NCBI GenBank assembly: GCA_037142195.1
Contig: JBAXBA010000073.1
Span: 1 to 18,407 of the forward strand
Origin: Pseudomonadota bacterium
GTDB taxonomy: Bacteria > Bdellovibrionota_B > Oligoflexia > Oligoflexales > CAIMVM01
Length of the DNA: 18,407 nucleotides
Reading direction: 5' to 3'
A program made the position numbers and the translations under genes. Positions 15,692 through 18,407 of this stretch are shown piece after piece (the first letter of the stretch is position 1; each line of letters opens with the position of its first letter). The notes beneath the pieces were generated by a model that saw only the letters and a list, made by a program, of their open reading frames with translations, did no database searches and had not been told where the DNA came from.

Positions 15692-16771
15692 CTAAGACTC
15701 TGTCGAGAGCTTCTTTAGCTCCATCATCATTTCATCAAAAGTGGCAGCTCGAAGAGGCTCTGGGGCTGTAGACGTCGAGGACCAATTCATGCGCATATAG
15801 CTCCAAATCATTTTGGTTCGAGCCAAAGATCGTCTTGTATTTCGATCTGTGTAGACTGCGTGACTCTTTGCTAGATCCTGCAGTTTTTTGCAATAGAGGA
15901 GCCAAGAGTCTAGGGTTGGACTGAGATTGAGTTGACTGGCATCCAAGAGGCAGGGGAGAAAACTCTCGGGGTTGTTGTCATCCCAAAGTCTTGTGAGCCA
16001 ATGAAAGACTTCCAAGTAGACGAGAGCAAGTTCAAAGGAAACATCGGACTTAGAGCCCTGAAGCTCAGAAAAAATCCATGGTTTTTGAATGGCTCCTCTC
16101 GCTATAAATACGCCCGATATTTGGGGGGCTGTCTTCAGGCGATCTTCCATCATCGACTGTGAAACAATGTCACCGGAACCAAAAACCTTTCCTTTAAATT
16201 CACGAGAGGCTCGATCAATCAAACTCCAGTCCGCATAGCCCGAGTACTTTTGCTCGCGAGTTCTTCCGTGAACCGTCAAATGTTTGAGAGACTCAGCAGG
16301 GAGACAAGATACCAGATCTTCAAAAAGGCTCTCATCATGAAACCCAGTGCGCATTTTGAGGCTCATCTTCGGACCGTCGAAATAGCTTACACATTCTTCG
16401 ACAAAACTTTTAAAGCCTTCTACGGTTTTAAGGAGGCTTGAGCCGGAGCCTTTGCCTGTAACCATTTTAGAGGGGCATCCACAATTCATGTCGATGGAAT
16501 CCGCATCTTTGGGAAGTTGCTTTCGAAGGCGGGCCAGAAACGCCGGATCAGGCGTCATAACCTGCAAGTGAGTCTGCCACCAAACCTGTTCGTTAAAAGA
16601 AGGAATTAAAATTTCCGGCCAAAATTCCGAGGGAAGGTCATTGTGTGGAAAGCTTTCTGTAAGTCTCAAAAAAGGCGTATAAGAAGAAGTGGGCTTAGAA
16701 ATGAGGTTTACCCACATCCTAAACGGAAAGTCGCTTACGCCCTCCATGGGCCCTAAAATAGTTTCAAGCAT
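15692..16771 (-). CDS. tRNA-dihydrouridine synthase (Dus) family protein
   Basis: GPMEGVSD, IDMNCGCPSKMV..KGSGSSLL, SLKMRTG, VHGRT, GSGDI and FIARGA..KPWIF. The subfamily cannot be assigned by eye. Confidence 0.92.
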   Translation of the reverse strand: MLETILGPMEGVSDFPFRMWVNLISKPTSSYTPFLRLTESFPHNDLPSEFWPEILIPSFNEQVWWQTHLQVMTPDPAFLARLRKQLPKDADSIDMNCGCPSKMVTGKGSGSSLLKTVEGFKSFVEECVSYFDGPKMSLKMRTGFHDESLFEDLVSCLPAESLKHLTVHGRTREQKYSGYADWSLIDRASREFKGKVFGSGDIVSQSMMEDRLKTAPQISGVFIARGAIQKPWIFSELQGSKSDVSFELALVYLEVFHWLTRLWDDNNPESFLPCLLDASQLNLSPTLDSWLLYCKKLQDLAKSHAVYTDRNTRRSLARTKMIWSYMRMNWSSTSTAPEPLRAATFDEMMMELKKLSTES

Positions 16772-17233
16772 GCCGTGAACTCAGAGAAGAAAAGCATTAT
16801 GTAGCATCCCAAGGTTGAGATTACCATGAATATTGTTGCTAACCTGCGTCTCCTAAAGATGATAGAAATCCAGAAATCAAGGATTTTTGGCGGATTAGAA
16901 AGATTTTCAAGTCTGCGCGGCCGTCACAGTTGGGATAGAACTCGGAACAAAGATCTGAGACCACAAGGTTCGTCAGCTTTTAGATTTGCGAAAGGCTATA
17001 CAGAAACAGGCCGGCAAAGCTTGTGGAATTTATCTCACGAGACCTTTTGTCAAGTTAACGCCCAGAACTCACGGAGTGGTCACGTAAAGCTTAAGACGGG
17101 CTAATATTATGGCAGGCCCCGACTCACTTCATGTCTTGGGATTTGTAGAAAAACTAATCGCCATCATTTTTCCTCCAAAGTAGGGTCACTAGTGATTTAA
17201 TTGAGAAGGAAGACTTAAATGAGAATATTTGAG

Positions 17234-17262
17234 TTGACACTTAGCTTGCTGATTTCTAGACT
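17234..17262 (+). promoter_or_regulatory. Sigma70-type promoter
   Basis: TTGACA (17234-17239), a 17-nt spacer, then TAGACT (17257-17262), upstream of the lipoprotein gene. Confidence 0.6.
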
Positions 17263-17358
17263 TTCAGTACAAATCTAAGATATTTAATAGTTGTGAAAAT
17301 CACTGATAATTCACGTGATTGTTCAAAAAAACTTTTAACCGGGTACAGGAAAATAAGT

Positions 17359-17988
17359 ATGGAAAGAATCAAATTATCTATATGTTTAGCTATGTTTATT
17401 GGTGTAGCCTGTAGCAGCATCAGACCAATAGATTCAGGCGAATCCAATAGCGCCCCTATAGTGGCCGGCTCATATTCTTTGCTAAACTGTAACTTAAGTG
17501 AAGATTTGTTAAATCAATACTTTGCATCTAAAGCTCAAAACATTAAAGGCAATCAGAGGGTTAGCTTAACTTTGAATTTTAGCACAGAAGGCCCCCATAC
17601 CCTGTCCGGGGAAATTGGTGCACCTGAGTATGAGCTCCAAGTCAATGGAGCTACAGAAAAGTTCAAATCTGCCTATACGAAACTAAGTAAATTAGAGGTT
17701 TCGAGCATCACACACTTCGAAGCTGATGAAAAGAGTCCTGAATCTATAGTTTTTAAACTAGCAGATACAAGCAAGATAGTGGTTAAGTCAAAAAACAGCA
17801 AAAGCATTGAAGTCTTAAGAACCGTCAGTATAAATGGCGCTATGGACTCAGATGAGTTTTCTGTCTTCTTTTCCGCCCAAAAAATGGGCCTTCAAGACCT
17901 CACTCCCTTGTTGCTGAGTATCCCTCAAAAATGTGAGTACACTAATATGGATTTGTTGAAGAGATTGTCGAGATTGAAAAAGAATTGA
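17359..17988 (+). CDS. Hypothetical lipoprotein
   Basis: MERIKLSICLAMFIGVAC signal with lipobox-like Cys, AGGA upstream of ATG 17359, and AT-rich sequence. No family recognised. Confidence 0.7.
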   Translation: MERIKLSICLAMFIGVACSSIRPIDSGESNSAPIVAGSYSLLNCNLSEDLLNQYFASKAQNIKGNQRVSLTLNFSTEGPHTLSGEIGAPEYELQVNGATEKFKSAYTKLSKLEVSSITHFEADEKSPESIVFKLADTSKIVVKSKNSKSIEVLRTVSINGAMDSDEFSVFFSAQKMGLQDLTPLLLSIPQKCEYTNMDLLKRLSRLKKN

Positions 17989-18407
17989 GTCCCCGGCCCT
18001 TTCTAGGCGGCCTGTAATTTGATAATGCATTTTATCCTTCACTACGCTGCACCCCTGCGTCCCGCAAGAGAGCCAGCTTCTTTTGAAGTCCCTGACCTAA
18101 GCGGAAAGCATTGATCATTTTCGTATTTAGACTTTAGTTCTCTAGTTCAGAAAGAGGCCGCGATTTATAGGCCAGTCATAAGTAGTTTTGTGGGTACTAA
18201 AGACCTTAAGAAGGTTTCCAACGATTCTGATTTTTTATTTTACCTTTATGTTGGGATCGAAGAAGTTGAGATAAGGATTCAGCAGTATCGATCTACTTCA
18301 TTGATCAAGATTACAATTTCTCGACTCTCGACTGTATCTCCGTGCTCTATTAATGCGAATTGCATTGTATGAGAAGAGACCCAAAAGGGGGTTCTTGATT
18401 GAGGCAA

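Noticed and set aside
386..18372. Short alternative-frame or antisense ORFs in the track (e.g. 386-637, 715-1128, 3320-3652, 7172-7363, 14397-14609, 16826-17104, 18190-18372)
   Set aside because: They overlap well-supported genes or lack an RBS, motifs and protein-like composition.
442..18407. Intergenic hairpins as integron attC sites, REP elements or CRISPR repeats
   Set aside because: There are no consistent RYYYAAC/GTTRRRY ends, shared sequence or regular spacing, and no integrase, transposase or cas gene. The flanking genes are housekeeping genes in mixed orientation.

Overview
Bacterial chromosomal window of mostly housekeeping and accessory genes. The orphan secreted proteins and lipoproteins suggest Bdellovibrionota/Oligoflexia, which is an inference only. 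In order, it carries the 3' part of an AqpS-type aquaporin, a three-gene ABC-2 exporter operon, an orphan lipoprotein, a His-rich CDF metal transporter, folE2, sufE, a methylenetetrahydrofolate reductase, dcd, a Uup-like ABC-F ATPase, an SCO protein, yhbY, a putative class I SAM methyltransferase, a secreted hypothetical protein, a Dus-family enzyme and an AT-rich lipoprotein. The standout is the 590-aa MTHFR. It is not a catalytic-only bacterial MetF of about 300 aa but has the full eukaryotic (plant/fungal-like) architecture with the C-terminal regulatory domain, is intronless, and sits among ordinary bacterial genes. Secondary signals are a riboswitch-like leader with an overlapping short uORF ahead of the CDF gene, and unusually long intergenic spacers packed with imperfect stem-loops. 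No tRNA, rRNA, CRISPR array or mobile element was seen.
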